Shown: one piece after another, positions 9,335-19,349 of the stretch | Numbering within the stretch: the stretch's first letter is position 1 | Layout: each line of letters begins with the position of its first letter | From: Phycisphaerales bacterium | GTDB lineage: Bacteria > Planctomycetota > Phycisphaerae > Phycisphaerales > UBA1924 | NCBI GenBank assembly: GCA_017640485.1 | Contig: JAEPQP010000002.1 | Location: 2,036 to 66,035 of the forward strand | Length of the DNA: 64,000 nt | Direction: 5' to 3' | Program-made: the position numbers and the translations under genes | Notes under the pieces: model-generated | What the model was told of the DNA's origin: nothing | Databases searched by the model: none | Seen by the model: the letters and a program-made list of their open reading frames with translations, nothing else

Positions 9335-10527
9335 AAACCCGCCGCGAGTTCATCGGACAAGCCGGAGCAGTCACCCTCGGAGCCGCACTCACCCCCTCGG
9401 CCCTCGCCAGCGGCCTGCTCTCCAAACCAAACAAAAAACTCAACATCCTCATGCTCGGAGGCACCGGCTTCGCAGGACCTAAAATGGTCCAGCGCGCCCT
9501 CGACAACGGACACAAGGTCACCCTCTTCAATAGAGGACAAACCGCGCCCGATATGTTCCCCGACATCGAACACATCCAAGGCGACCGCTACACCGATCTC
9601 TCAGGACTCGAAAAACTCGTCGCCGACGGCCGCCACTTCGACGCCGTCATCGACACCTTCACCTATGTCCCCAAAACCGTCACCGATACGATGGACATCC
9701 TCCTCCCGATCATGAACCAGTATGTCGTGATCTCCACCACCTCCGTCTACGCGTCCCGCACCAACCCAGGGATGGATGAGAACGGCGAGCTCGCAACCGT
9801 CTCCGACGACATCGCAGCGGGAATCACCACGCACCGAGAAGTGGGGGTCCACTACGGCGCGATGAAAGCAAGAGTCGAGCAAGCCGCCGAAGACCGATTC
9901 CCAGGAAAGGTCTGCACCATCCGGCCGGGACTCATCGTGGGAGACCGCGACACCACCGGACGCTTCACCTACTGGTCCGTCCGCGCCAGTGAGGGCGGCA
10001 CCATGATCGGTCCCGGATCGGGAGAAGACTTCATCCAGATCATCGATGTCCGCGACCTCGGAGACTTCACCATCCACTGCATCGAACAACAACATATGGG
10101 CGCCTACAACGGGATCTCCCCCGCCGGACAATGGACCAGCAAAGACATGGTCGAATCCGCAACCCGCGCCGCCAAAAAGCACCTCAAGGTCGACACCAAG
10201 ATCGAATGGATCGACGAAACATTCCTCACAGAGAACGGCGTCAACGCCTGGCAACACATGCCCGCATGGGTCCCCAACTCCGCACCCGGATACGAAGGAC
10301 AAGGCCAGATCTCCACCGCCAAATCCATCAAAGCCGGACTCAAAACAAGACCACTCGAAGACTCCCACTGGAACGCACTCAACTACTACAAAACCCGAGG
10401 CCCAGAAATCCTCGCTGAACACGGCGAAGAACAACACAAAGGCTGGCTCCGCGCCATCCGAGGCGGACTCAACCCACAACGAGAACAAGAAGTCCTCAAA
10501 CTCTGGGTCAACCGCGCCAACGGTTAA
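9331..10527 (+). CDS. Tat-signal NAD(P)-binding epimerase/dehydratase (SDR) family protein
   Basis: MKTRREFIGQAGAVTLGAAL is a twin-arginine signal. LMLGGTGFAGPKMV is a Rossmann GxxGxxG motif. There is a 4-nt overlap (ATGA) with the upstream transporter gene. Confidence 0.75.
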   Translation: MKTRREFIGQAGAVTLGAALTPSALASGLLSKPNKKLNILMLGGTGFAGPKMVQRALDNGHKVTLFNRGQTAPDMFPDIEHIQGDRYTDLSGLEKLVADGRHFDAVIDTFTYVPKTVTDTMDILLPIMNQYVVISTTSVYASRTNPGMDENGELATVSDDIAAGITTHREVGVHYGAMKARVEQAAEDRFPGKVCTIRPGLIVGDRDTTGRFTYWSVRASEGGTMIGPGSGEDFIQIIDVRDLGDFTIHCIEQQHMGAYNGISPAGQWTSKDMVESATRAAKKHLKVDTKIEWIDETFLTENGVNAWQHMPAWVPNSAPGYEGQGQISTAKSIKAGLKTRPLEDSHWNALNYYKTRGPEILAEHGEEQHKGWLRAIRGGLNPQREQEVLKLWVNRANG

Positions 10528-11468
10528 CCCTCATCCACAAACTCCGCGTTGGTGTGCCGAGTGCGATCAACGAGCAGCTTAAGCAGCTCCGGCCGTGCAT
10601 AATGCCCGCTCGGATCAAAGTTCTGCCGCTCCCGATCCACAAACCCCCGCTCAAGCTCAACCACAAACACATCCTCCGTGTCCGCCTGAGGCTCAAGCAA
10701 CCAACTCCCGTCCGGATTCGCCGCCGCTGATCCGCCGTTGTGCAGGATCTCGTCCTCATCAAGGACAATCCGATCACGGTGGGGGACCGAACTAGGGATA
10801 TCGCTCGCGCGGATTAGCGTCGATGCGCTCAGCACATAACTCCGCGACTCACGCGCCACAAAGCGCGTGATGTCCTGCGTGTTCACAACTCCCCCAGGCC
10901 AGATCGCGATGTGCAGGTTCACCCCCAGCGCCTGCATCGCCGCGCGAGGCAACGGCATCCAGTTCTCCCAGCAGTTGAGCGATCCAATCAGGAACCCGTG
11001 ACAGTCGTGCGCCACCAACCCGTGCCCGTCTCCCGGCGCCCACGCCAATCGCTCCTCATACGTCGGCATCAACTTCCGATGCACACTCACGATTTCACCC
11101 GAATCATTGATCGTTACCGCGCTCGCAAAGATCGAGTGCCCACCCCGATCCATCGGCCGCTCCGCAACCCCGATCACCACCCAGATCCCGTGCTCGCGCG
11201 CCGCATCACAGATCGAATCCAGATCCCCCCGCTCGATCTGCACCGATTCCTGCAGATACAACGCGTGCAGTTCTTTCTGATCCTGCGCATCAAACCGCGC
11301 CCCGTCCGTCCGCGACAACCAGACCGGATACGCCGGGAGGAAGGTCTCCCCAAACGCCACAATCTTCGCCCCGCGCGAAGCCGCGAGCCCGATCGCGTCC
11401 ACCGCTTTCGCCGTCGTTGCTACGCGATCCAACAGTACAGGAGAAACTTGTGCCAGCGCCGCTTTCAT
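10524..11468 (-). CDS. nitrilase / carbon-nitrogen hydrolase family protein
   Basis: FGETFLPAYP (catalytic Glu region), HRKLMPT (Lys) and LNCWENWMP (catalytic Cys) form the nitrilase superfamily triad context. Confidence 0.85.
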   Translation of the reverse strand: MKAALAQVSPVLLDRVATTAKAVDAIGLAASRGAKIVAFGETFLPAYPVWLSRTDGARFDAQDQKELHALYLQESVQIERGDLDSICDAAREHGIWVVIGVAERPMDRGGHSIFASAVTINDSGEIVSVHRKLMPTYEERLAWAPGDGHGLVAHDCHGFLIGSLNCWENWMPLPRAAMQALGVNLHIAIWPGGVVNTQDITRFVARESRSYVLSASTLIRASDIPSSVPHRDRIVLDEDEILHNGGSAAANPDGSWLLEPQADTEDVFVVELERGFVDRERQNFDPSGHYARPELLKLLVDRTRHTNAEFVDEG

Positions 11469-11547
11469 GGATTCACCACCTCAATTGAAAAGGGACCCAC
11501 ATCCGTGAGCCCCTCAAGTCATCGATCATACCCGATCAAGCGCCCTA

Positions 11548-12642
11548 TCAAGCAATCGTCACCTTCTCATCCAGATACACATCCTGGATCGCGTTGAGCA
11601 GCGCCGCGCCTTCATTTCGAGGACGCTGGAACGCCTTGCGTCCCGAGATCAGCCCCATGCCACCAGCACGCTTGTTGATGACCGCCGTGGTCACCGCGTC
11701 CTTGAGATCGCTCGCGCCCTTGGACTCGCCGCCCGAGTTGATCAGCGGCGACCGACCCATGTAGCAGTTCGCGACCTGGTATCGGCACAGATCAATCGGA
11801 TGCCCGCCCTGACCCTTCTCATCGCTCGAGTTCAGATCGGTGTAGATCCCCGTGTTGAACTTGCCGTATGAAGAATCGCCCGAGTTGAGCGCCGTGTACC
11901 CGCCGTTGTTGGTCGGGAGCTTCTGCTTGATGATGTCCGCCTGGATCGTCACGCCGAGGTGGTTCGCTTGCGAGGTCAGGTCTGCTGAAGCGTGGTAGTC
12001 CACGCCGTTGACCTTGAACGCGCTGTTGCGGATGTAGCACCAAAGAATGGTCACCATGCCGTAGTCGTGCGCTTCAGCGAACATGTCCGCGACATACTGG
12101 ATCTGTGCTTCCGATTCATCGGACCCGAAGTAGATCGTCGCGCCGACCGCCGCCGCGCCCATCTCCCAGCACTGCTTGATGTTCCCGAACGGGATCTGGT
12201 TGAAGGTGTTCGGATAGGTCATCAGCTCGTTGTGGTTGAACTTGACGATGTACGGGATCTTGTGCGCGTACTTCCGAGCCGTCGCGCCCAGCACGCCGAA
12301 GGTCGAAGCCACCGCGTTGCACCCGCCCTCGATCGCGAGCTCGATGATGTTCGATGGATCGAAGTAATCCGGGTTGGGAGCAAAGCTCGCACCCGCCGAG
12401 TGCTCGATGCCTTGGTCCACAGGCAGGATCGAGGTGTACCCCGTCCCCGCCAATCGCCCGGTATTGAGAATCCGCTGGTAGTTGTTGAGCACATTCTGGT
12501 TGCGATCCGTCATCGCGACCACGCGATCCACAAAGTCCCCGCTCGGCACATGCAGCCGATCCTTGGAAATCGCAGGCGAATCAAAGCTCAGCAACGCGTC
12601 GTCCTCGAGCACCTTCGCCACATCAATCGTCAGATTCGCCAT
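11548..12642 (-). CDS. fbaB: class I fructose-bisphosphate aldolase (DhnA/FbaB type)
   Basis: [20 protein letters not shown], and length of about 365 aa match FbaB-type class I aldolases. Start is ATG 12642 with GGGAG upstream. Confidence 0.85.
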   Translation of the reverse strand: MANLTIDVAKVLEDDALLSFDSPAISKDRLHVPSGDFVDRVVAMTDRNQNVLNNYQRILNTGRLAGTGYTSILPVDQGIEHSAGASFAPNPDYFDPSNIIELAIEGGCNAVASTFGVLGATARKYAHKIPYIVKFNHNELMTYPNTFNQIPFGNIKQCWEMGAAAVGATIYFGSDESEAQIQYVADMFAEAHDYGMVTILWCYIRNSAFKVNGVDYHASADLTSQANHLGVTIQADIIKQKLPTNNGGYTALNSGDSSYGKFNTGIYTDLNSSDEKGQGGHPIDLCRYQVANCYMGRSPLINSGGESKGASDLKDAVTTAVINKRAGGMGLISGRKAFQRPRNEGAALLNAIQDVYLDEKVTIA

Positions 12643-12682
12643 CCGTGTTCTCCCACCGGCGATGATCACCGGGATTCATTTC

Positions 12683-12704
12683 GTGTTTCAAGTTGTGTTT
12701 CAAG
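12683..12704 (-). promoter_or_regulatory. tandem direct repeat GTGTTTCAAG x2 upstream of fbaB
   Basis: 12683..12692 and 12695..12704 are identical 10-mers with a 12-bp period, about 40-60 nt upstream of the fbaB ATG. They read CTTGAAACAC on the coding strand. Confidence 0.3.
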
Positions 12705-12768
12705 CAAGACCGCCCGAGCGCGATCATCCATCCGTTCATCCTAGGCAGAGCACCACTTCAAGCGTCCC

Positions 12769-13488
12769 TCAAAACAGCGTCCCCTGCTCCCCCTCCTCGC
12801 CGTCGATCGCTTCGATCACCCCCGCGTCCCCCCGAGCCGCGGTCGCGACCCCTCGCCCGACCCGATGACCCGTCAGCACCCCCACGATCGGACCCCTCCC
12901 CAGCAGCCTGTCAATCTCCCGATCACTCGCCTCCCGATCCATCCACACCCCAGTCTCCTCATTCTCCAAAATCACAGGCATCCGATCATGGATCGCCCCC
13001 AAAAACGAATCGGGCTCCATCGTCAAGATCGAAAACGAATCCAACTCACTCCCGCCCTGTACCCAGCTATCCCACACCCCCGCCAGCAGCATCGCCCCCC
13101 CGTCCGCCCTCGTCACATACCAAGGCCGTTTCCGCTTCTCGCCCGCCACCTGCTCCCACTCAAAGAACCCCGAGATCGGAACCACACACCGCCGAGAACG
13201 CACCAATCCCCGAAACGCTGCCTTCTCCCGCACCGTCTCGCTCCGCGCGTTCATCATCATGGGTCCTGTGCCAGGCCCATCACTCCAAGCAGGCACCAAC
13301 CCAAACCGAGCCCGTTTCGATCGGTGCGCCTGCCCCTGCTCCCCCTGCACCACAATCCCCGCCTGATCCGTCGGAGCCGTGTTAAAGCATGGAATCCCCA
13401 GATCCTCAACAGAGCACGCCGCCCGCAGAATCTGTTCGATCCGCGAGATCCCCTGCTCCTCAAACACCTGTGCAAAGCGTCCACACAT
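12769..13488 (-). CDS. SOS response-associated peptidase (SRAP/YedK family, abasic-site processing)
   Basis: The protein starts MCGRFA (catalytic Cys2 after Met removal). FGLVPAWS and PISGFFEW are SRAP motifs. Confidence 0.85.
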   Translation of the reverse strand: MCGRFAQVFEEQGISRIEQILRAACSVEDLGIPCFNTAPTDQAGIVVQGEQGQAHRSKRARFGLVPAWSDGPGTGPMMMNARSETVREKAAFRGLVRSRRCVVPISGFFEWEQVAGEKRKRPWYVTRADGGAMLLAGVWDSWVQGGSELDSFSILTMEPDSFLGAIHDRMPVILENEETGVWMDREASDREIDRLLGRGPIVGVLTGHRVGRGVATAARGDAGVIEAIDGEEGEQGTLF

Positions 13489-13559
13489 GCCCAAACCATA
13501 CCCGATCTCGCTCCAAAATCCGGGATTATCCCCGCTCCAATGTGCTAAACTCAGGTCCT

Positions 13560-16400
13560 ATGCCATCAGACGACCACAACCAGACCGCCATCCGCTACGA
13601 CGCGGCCCTCGCCTCCGACATCGAGACACGATGGCAGTCCTACTGGGACCAGCACCAAACCAACAAGGTCCCCAATCCCGGCGAGCCAAACTTCGACCCC
13701 TCCAAACCCAAATACTACTGCCTCGACATGTTCCCCTACCCCTCCGGCGCAGGCCTCCATGTCGGACACCCCGAGGGATACACCGCCACCGACATCATCT
13801 GCCGTTACAAATGCATGACCGGACACAATGTCCTCCACCCGATGGGATGGGACGCGTTCGGACTCCCCGCCGAGCAGTACGCAATCCAGACCGGTGTCCA
13901 CCCAGAAGTCACCACCAAACAAGCGATCGACAACTTCCGCCGTCAACTCAAACGCTTCGGGTTCTCCTACGACTGGGAACGCGAGTTCGGAACCATCGAC
14001 CCCGACTACTACAAATGGACCCAGTGGATCTTCCTCAAGATCTACAACTCCTGGTTCGATGTCGACGCTGACAACGGGAAAGGCAAAGCCCGCCCGATCA
14101 GTGAACTCATCGCCGATCTCGAATCGGGTGCACGCAAAGCCAAGCTCAACCCCAACGCCGCAGAGTACACCGGCGCGGGCGACCTCCCCGACGGCACCGA
14201 CGCCGGAAACTGGACCACCCTCGATCGCGAAACCAAAAAAGCAATCATCGACTCCTACCGACTCGCCTACCTGAGCGAGCAAACCGTCAACTGGTGCCCC
14301 AAACTCGGGACCGCGCTCGCCAACGAAGAAGTCATCGACGGCAAGTCCGAACGCGGTGGATACCCCGTCCATCGCAAACCACTCCGCCAGTGGATGTTCC
14401 GCATCACCTCCTACGCCGACCGCCTCCTCGATGGACTCCAAGACCTCGATTGGCCGTCCTCCACCAAAATCCAGCAAGCCGAATGGATCGGAAAGTCCGT
14501 CGGCGCGGAGATCGACTTCCAAATCCTCGGCCCAGATGGATCGGAAATGGGAGAAGCCCTCCGCGTCTTCACCACCCGTCCCGACACCATCTTCGGCGCC
14601 ACCTACATGGTCGTCGCGCCAGAACACCCCCTCGTCGAACTCGCGATGGACTTCGCGCCACCCGAACTCGACCTCAAGCGCCTCAACAACTATGTCGAAT
14701 GGGCGCGCGACCGCTCCGATGTCGAGCGCCAAGAGAACAAAGAAAAATCGGGCGTTGACCTCGGACTCAAAGTCATCAACCCCGCGACCGGAAAGATGAT
14801 CCCCGTCTGGACCTCCGACTATGTCCTCATGGGCTACGGCACCGGCGCGATCATGGCCGTCCCCGCACAAGACCAACGCGACTGGGACTTCGCAACCGAG
14901 TTCAAACTCCCCATCGTCCGAACCGTCCAACCCCCCGAAGACTTCGACGGCGAAGCATTCACCGGAACCGGACCCGCGATCAACTCCGACTTCCTCGACG
15001 GCCTCGAAGTCGAAGAAGCCAAAGCCAAAATCATCAACTGGCTCACCGACCGCAAAGCCGGCGCACCAAAGGTCAACTACAAACTCCGCGATTGGCTCTT
15101 CTCGCGACAACGCTACTGGGGTGAACCCTTCCCCATCGTCTTCGACGAATGGCAGAACCACTACCCCATCGACGAATCCCAGCTCCCCGTCGAGCTCCCG
15201 CCGCTGACCGACTACGCGCCAGTGGAATCCAACGACCCACAACCCCTCCTTGCCAAAGCCGAGGACTGGGTCAATGTCACCGCCGGACAAGTCGGAGGCG
15301 TCGATGGCTTCGACGATGACAAACCCCTCAAGCGTGAAACCAACACCATGCCCGGATGGGCCGGGAGCTGCTGGTACTACCTCCGCTACTGCGATGTGAA
15401 CAACACATCCAAGATCATCAGCGACGAAGCCCAAGACTACTGGCTGGGAGATTCAGGAGTCGACCTCTACATCGGAGGCAACGAACACGCCGTCCTCCAC
15501 TTGCTGTACGCACGCTTCTGGCACATGTGTTTGCACGACCTCGGCGTCCTCAAATCCGAAGAACCCTTCCGCAAACTCTTCCACCAAGGCATGATCACCT
15601 CCATGGCCTACCAACGCGGAGACAAGTCCCTCGTCCCCATCGACGAAGTCGAAAACCGAGGCACCGAAGACAACCCCCAATACACCGAGATCGCCGACGG
15701 CGCCCCTGTCGAACGCATCGTCGCCAAGATGTCCAAGTCCCTCAAAAATGTCATCAACCCCGATGATGTCATCGCCGACTACGGCGCCGACACCTTCCGC
15801 CTCTACGAGATGTACATGGGACCCCTCGAAGCCTCCAAGCCCTGGTCCACAAGAGACATTGTCGGACTCCAGCGCCTCCTCCAAAAGATCTGGCGCCTGA
15901 CCACCAACGACGACGCGACCATCGCGCTCGCCGATTCAGCCGACGAAACCACCGAGAAGCAGCTCCACCGCCTCATCGCCAAAGCCGGCGCGGACATCGA
16001 GAAGCTTTCTTTCAACACCGCGATCGCCGCGATCTTTGAGTTCGTCAACATCGCCAAACCGTTGACCCGCGACCAGCTCGACCGCTTCGCCCGCGTCCTC
16101 GCGCCGTTCGTCCCACACCTCGCCGAGGAACTCTGGTCCAAGCTCGGGAACCCCCCAAGCGTCGCCCACACCGATTGGCCAACCTACGACGAATCCAAGC
16201 TCGTCGACGACGAGATCGAGATCCCCGTCCAGGTCATGGGCAAGCTCCGTTCCAAGATCATCATGCCCAAAGACGCCGACAACAAATCGATGGAAGAAGC
16301 CGCCCTCGCCGACGCGAAGATCACGACCTTCCTTGAAGGCAAGCAAGTCCGCAAAGTCATCGTCGTCCCAGGCCGCTTGGTCAACATCGTCGCCAACTGA
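13560..16400 (+). CDS. leuS: leucine--tRNA ligase
   Basis: PYPSGAGLHVGHPEGY (HIGH region), KMSKSLKN (KMSKS), CP1 editing domain, and about 946 aa. Start ATG at 13560 within ORF 13389..16400. Confidence 0.95.
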   Translation: MPSDDHNQTAIRYDAALASDIETRWQSYWDQHQTNKVPNPGEPNFDPSKPKYYCLDMFPYPSGAGLHVGHPEGYTATDIICRYKCMTGHNVLHPMGWDAFGLPAEQYAIQTGVHPEVTTKQAIDNFRRQLKRFGFSYDWEREFGTIDPDYYKWTQWIFLKIYNSWFDVDADNGKGKARPISELIADLESGARKAKLNPNAAEYTGAGDLPDGTDAGNWTTLDRETKKAIIDSYRLAYLSEQTVNWCPKLGTALANEEVIDGKSERGGYPVHRKPLRQWMFRITSYADRLLDGLQDLDWPSSTKIQQAEWIGKSVGAEIDFQILGPDGSEMGEALRVFTTRPDTIFGATYMVVAPEHPLVELAMDFAPPELDLKRLNNYVEWARDRSDVERQENKEKSGVDLGLKVINPATGKMIPVWTSDYVLMGYGTGAIMAVPAQDQRDWDFATEFKLPIVRTVQPPEDFDGEAFTGTGPAINSDFLDGLEVEEAKAKIINWLTDRKAGAPKVNYKLRDWLFSRQRYWGEPFPIVFDEWQNHYPIDESQLPVELPPLTDYAPVESNDPQPLLAKAEDWVNVTAGQVGGVDGFDDDKPLKRETNTMPGWAGSCWYYLRYCDVNNTSKIISDEAQDYWLGDSGVDLYIGGNEHAVLHLLYARFWHMCLHDLGVLKSEEPFRKLFHQGMITSMAYQRGDKSLVPIDEVENRGTEDNPQYTEIADGAPVERIVAKMSKSLKNVINPDDVIADYGADTFRLYEMYMGPLEASKPWSTRDIVGLQRLLQKIWRLTTNDDATIALADSADETTEKQLHRLIAKAGADIEKLSFNTAIAAIFEFVNIAKPLTRDQLDRFARVLAPFVPHLAEELWSKLGNPPSVAHTDWPTYDESKLVDDEIEIPVQVMGKLRSKIIMPKDADNKSMEEAALADAKITTFLEGKQVRKVIVVPGRLVNIVAN

Positions 16401-16436
16401 TCCGCTCAGTTCATGAGAGCACTCCTAGAGTCTCGC

Positions 16437-17939
16437 ATGAGCCAGCCAACCAGCCCCCACGACACCTACACCTCCCCCCTCGCCGCCCGAAACGCATCCC
16501 CCGAGATGTGCAAAATCTGGTCACCCAGACACAAGTTCACCACCTGGCGCAAGATCTGGCTCGCCGTCGCCCAAGCCCAACAAGCCTGCGGCCTCGACAT
16601 CACCGACCAACAAATCAACGAGATGAAAGCCAACCTCGAAGTCACCGACGAGGACATGACCGCCGCCGCCAAATACGAACGCGAACTCCGCCACGATGTC
16701 ATGGCCCATGTCCACGCCTTCGGCGACAAATGCCCAAGCGCCAAAGGCATCATCCATCTGGGATGCACCAGCCAAGATGTCGTGTGCAATGGCGATCTGC
16801 TTGCAATTCACGAGTCACTCCGCCTCATCGACATGAAGATTGACCGGTGCATCTACGCTCTCGGAGACACTGCATCCAAGTATCGTTCCCTCCCGACATT
16901 AGGATTTACGCATTACCAACCTGCGCAACCTGTTACCCTCGGAAAGCGGTTGGTGATGTATGCGTATGATTTGAAACTTGCAGAAGATGGCGTCTTTAAA
17001 AATGCATTTGGACGCAATCCCCTTCGGGGAATGAAGGGTGCAACCGGTACACAAGCTTCGTTCTTGAGTTTGTTCGATAACAACACAAAGAAAGTAGACA
17101 AGTTTGAACGAAAGTTCATGGCCAACCTACTCGCTGACAAATTTCCAAACGAAAAATCAATATTGTTGATGGGTGTCCACTCAACTGTTGGGCAAACATA
17201 TCCGCGAATTTGTGATGCAAACATCTTGGCAAGTCTCGCCTCCGTCGCCTCAGTCCTCCACAAAATCGCCACCGATATCCGCCTCCTCTCCAACCGAAAA
17301 GAAATCGACGAACCCTTCGGCAAAAACCAGATCGGTTCCTCCGCGATGCCCTACAAACGCAACCCCATGAAATGCGAACGCATCTGCGGCCTCACCCGCT
17401 TCGTCATGAACCTCGTCGGAAACGCCTACGACACCGCCGCCACCCAATGGCTCGAACGCACACTCGACGACTCCTCCAACCGACGCCTCTCCCTCCCCGA
17501 AGCCTTCCTTGCCTTGGACGGCGCGCTCGACCTCATGCACACCGTTGCATCCGGACTCGTCGTCAACGAAGCAATGGTCCGCAAGAACCTCATGCTCGAA
17601 CTCCCCTTCATGGCCACCGAAAACATCCTCATGGAAGCCGTCAAAGCCGGAGGCGACCGCCAAGACCTCCACGAAAAAATCCGAGTCCACTCCCAAGAAG
17701 CCGGACATCGAGTCAAACAAGAAGGACTCGACAACGACCTCATCGACCGCCTCAAAGCCGACCCCGACTTCGCACCGATCCACCACATGCTTACCGAAGA
17801 TCAGATCCTCAACCCCATGAACTTCGTCGGCCGAAGCGTCGAACAAACCGAACGCTTCCTCAAAGAAGTCGTCGAACCACTCAAAGAACGCTACAAAGAC
17901 GAACTCAACTCCCTCGGCTCCGCCGACCGAGGCGTCTAA
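16437..17939 (+). CDS. purB: adenylosuccinate lyase
   Basis: YTSPLAARNASPEM, GFTHYQPAQPVTLGKR, and SSAMPYKRNP (fumarate-lyase signature). Start is 16437 or 16413. Confidence 0.9.
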   Translation: MSQPTSPHDTYTSPLAARNASPEMCKIWSPRHKFTTWRKIWLAVAQAQQACGLDITDQQINEMKANLEVTDEDMTAAAKYERELRHDVMAHVHAFGDKCPSAKGIIHLGCTSQDVVCNGDLLAIHESLRLIDMKIDRCIYALGDTASKYRSLPTLGFTHYQPAQPVTLGKRLVMYAYDLKLAEDGVFKNAFGRNPLRGMKGATGTQASFLSLFDNNTKKVDKFERKFMANLLADKFPNEKSILLMGVHSTVGQTYPRICDANILASLASVASVLHKIATDIRLLSNRKEIDEPFGKNQIGSSAMPYKRNPMKCERICGLTRFVMNLVGNAYDTAATQWLERTLDDSSNRRLSLPEAFLALDGALDLMHTVASGLVVNEAMVRKNLMLELPFMATENILMEAVKAGGDRQDLHEKIRVHSQEAGHRVKQEGLDNDLIDRLKADPDFAPIHHMLTEDQILNPMNFVGRSVEQTERFLKEVVEPLKERYKDELNSLGSADRGV

Positions 17940-18526
17940 CCCTCCGCTTTATCCTTCTCCCCAACCTTCTTCGACGGCTCCTCGTCCACCTTGTTCGCGT
18001 CAATCGGAGTGATCTCGTATTCATCGAGCGTCCCGTCCGCCAGCGCCACCACCCAAGGCGTCCAAAGCGTCACAAACGCGATCGAGAACAAGAACAACGC
18101 GATCATAAACTCCCCGAACCCACACGCCGCCCCGATCGCTGCGACCGCCCAGATCGACGCCGCCGTGGTCAAGCCCTTCACCGAACGCTTCGAGTGCAGG
18201 ATTGCCCCCGCACCCAAAAAGCCAACCCCCGAGATGATGTACGACAACACACGCGTCGGATCCGCCCGGATGATCGCCTCGTCCCCGCCCGACTCGATCA
18301 TCCGTTCCCCGAGCAGTGTGAACATCGCCGCCCCCGCGCCGATCAGGATCATCGTTCGGATATCCGCAGGTTTCTCAGCCCGTCCCCGCTCCCACCCGAG
18401 CAGCGCCCCAAACAACGCCGCGAGCCCAAGCCGAAGCATCACGCTCACCTTCTCGTCGTACGGCACAGACCAATCGATCTGCGCCACCGACATCCCGCTC
18501 ACAAAGAAACTATGCAAAAAGTCCAT
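17936..18526 (-). CDS. MgtC/SapB family membrane protein
   Basis: LGLAALFGALLGWERG, IRTMILIGAGAAMFT, and GVGFLGAGAILH are typical MgtC-domain motifs. Start is ATG 18526 (alternative 18547). Confidence 0.8.
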   Translation of the reverse strand: MDFLHSFFVSGMSVAQIDWSVPYDEKVSVMLRLGLAALFGALLGWERGRAEKPADIRTMILIGAGAAMFTLLGERMIESGGDEAIIRADPTRVLSYIISGVGFLGAGAILHSKRSVKGLTTAASIWAVAAIGAACGFGEFMIALFLFSIAFVTLWTPWVVALADGTLDEYEITPIDANKVDEEPSKKVGEKDKAEG

Positions 18527-18596
18527 TCGGCCATCATACGACCGCACGCCCGATCACGCAACCAACCCGCTCGCCCCATTCAATACCAGCCCCTGA

Positions 18597-19349
18597 TCAC
18601 GCACTCGTCCGGTCAGAATGCAACAACACCCCAGACGCGGCATCCTTCGCTTCGATCTCGCCAGCCGCCGGACCATGCCTTTTGACCATCCGCGCCCCCC
18701 GCACGATCGAAGCCCATTCCTCAGCGGTGAACGACTGAATCCCACGCTCAGATGCAAACCGAACCAGTTGAGCACGGCTATGCGTCCCCAACTTCCCATG
18801 AATCGAGTTCACATGATGCTCGATCGTCTTATCCGCTCGGCACACCAACTCCGCGATCTCATGAGTCGACATCCCCGTCGCCACATAGTGCAGAATCTCC
18901 AACTCCCGCGAAGAGAGCACCCCGAGACGGAGCAGATTTGGAGTCGAAAGCACATCAATATCATGGAACTCGCACAGACGTGTATTGACCGGCGCATCCT
19001 TCACAATCGCAAACACCCCCTTGTGACCAAACGCATCCTCATCCAGCGGAAAGACTGTGCACAGCACCCGAGCATCCGCACTGAACTGGTAGTGACTGGT
19101 CGATTCCCCCGTCTCCATCACCCGCTGGTGAATCAACGTACGCTCCTTCGCCGCCCCCATCGGTAAAATTTCATTAAGGGTTGTGCCGTGAATGTCCTCC
19201 GACGAATCCACAGTTCCAGCGACTTTCACGAACGCCTTCGTACACCAGAATAAACGGAGATCCTGGTCCCGCGCGACCGCGGCAATCCCAGGAATTTGAG
19301 CGAATACACCAAAGTCGTCAGGTCGGATAGGTCGTGTAGAAATCCCCAT
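18597..19349 (-). CDS. LuxR-family transcriptional regulator (PAS-like N-terminal domain + HTH)
   Basis: LSSRELEILHYVATGMSTHEIAELVCRADKTIEHHVNSIHGKLG is a LuxR/FixJ-type HTH. There is an N-terminal sensory-like domain of about 140 aa and a roughly 50-aa C-terminal tail. Confidence 0.75.
   Translation of the reverse strand: MGISTRPIRPDDFGVFAQIPGIAAVARDQDLRLFWCTKAFVKVAGTVDSSEDIHGTTLNEILPMGAAKERTLIHQRVMETGESTSHYQFSADARVLCTVFPLDEDAFGHKGVFAIVKDAPVNTRLCEFHDIDVLSTPNLLRLGVLSSRELEILHYVATGMSTHEIAELVCRADKTIEHHVNSIHGKLGTHSRAQLVRFASERGIQSFTAEEWASIVRGARMVKRHGPAAGEIEAKDAASGVLLHSDRTSA

Noticed and set aside
10531-10539. TCATCCACA (8/9 match to DnaA box TTATCCACA) and other ATCCACA fragments (for example near 10637 and 12537)
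   Set aside because: These are isolated hits inside coding sequence, about 16 kb from the skew switch, with no clustering or adjacent AT-rich element. They are likely chance matches.
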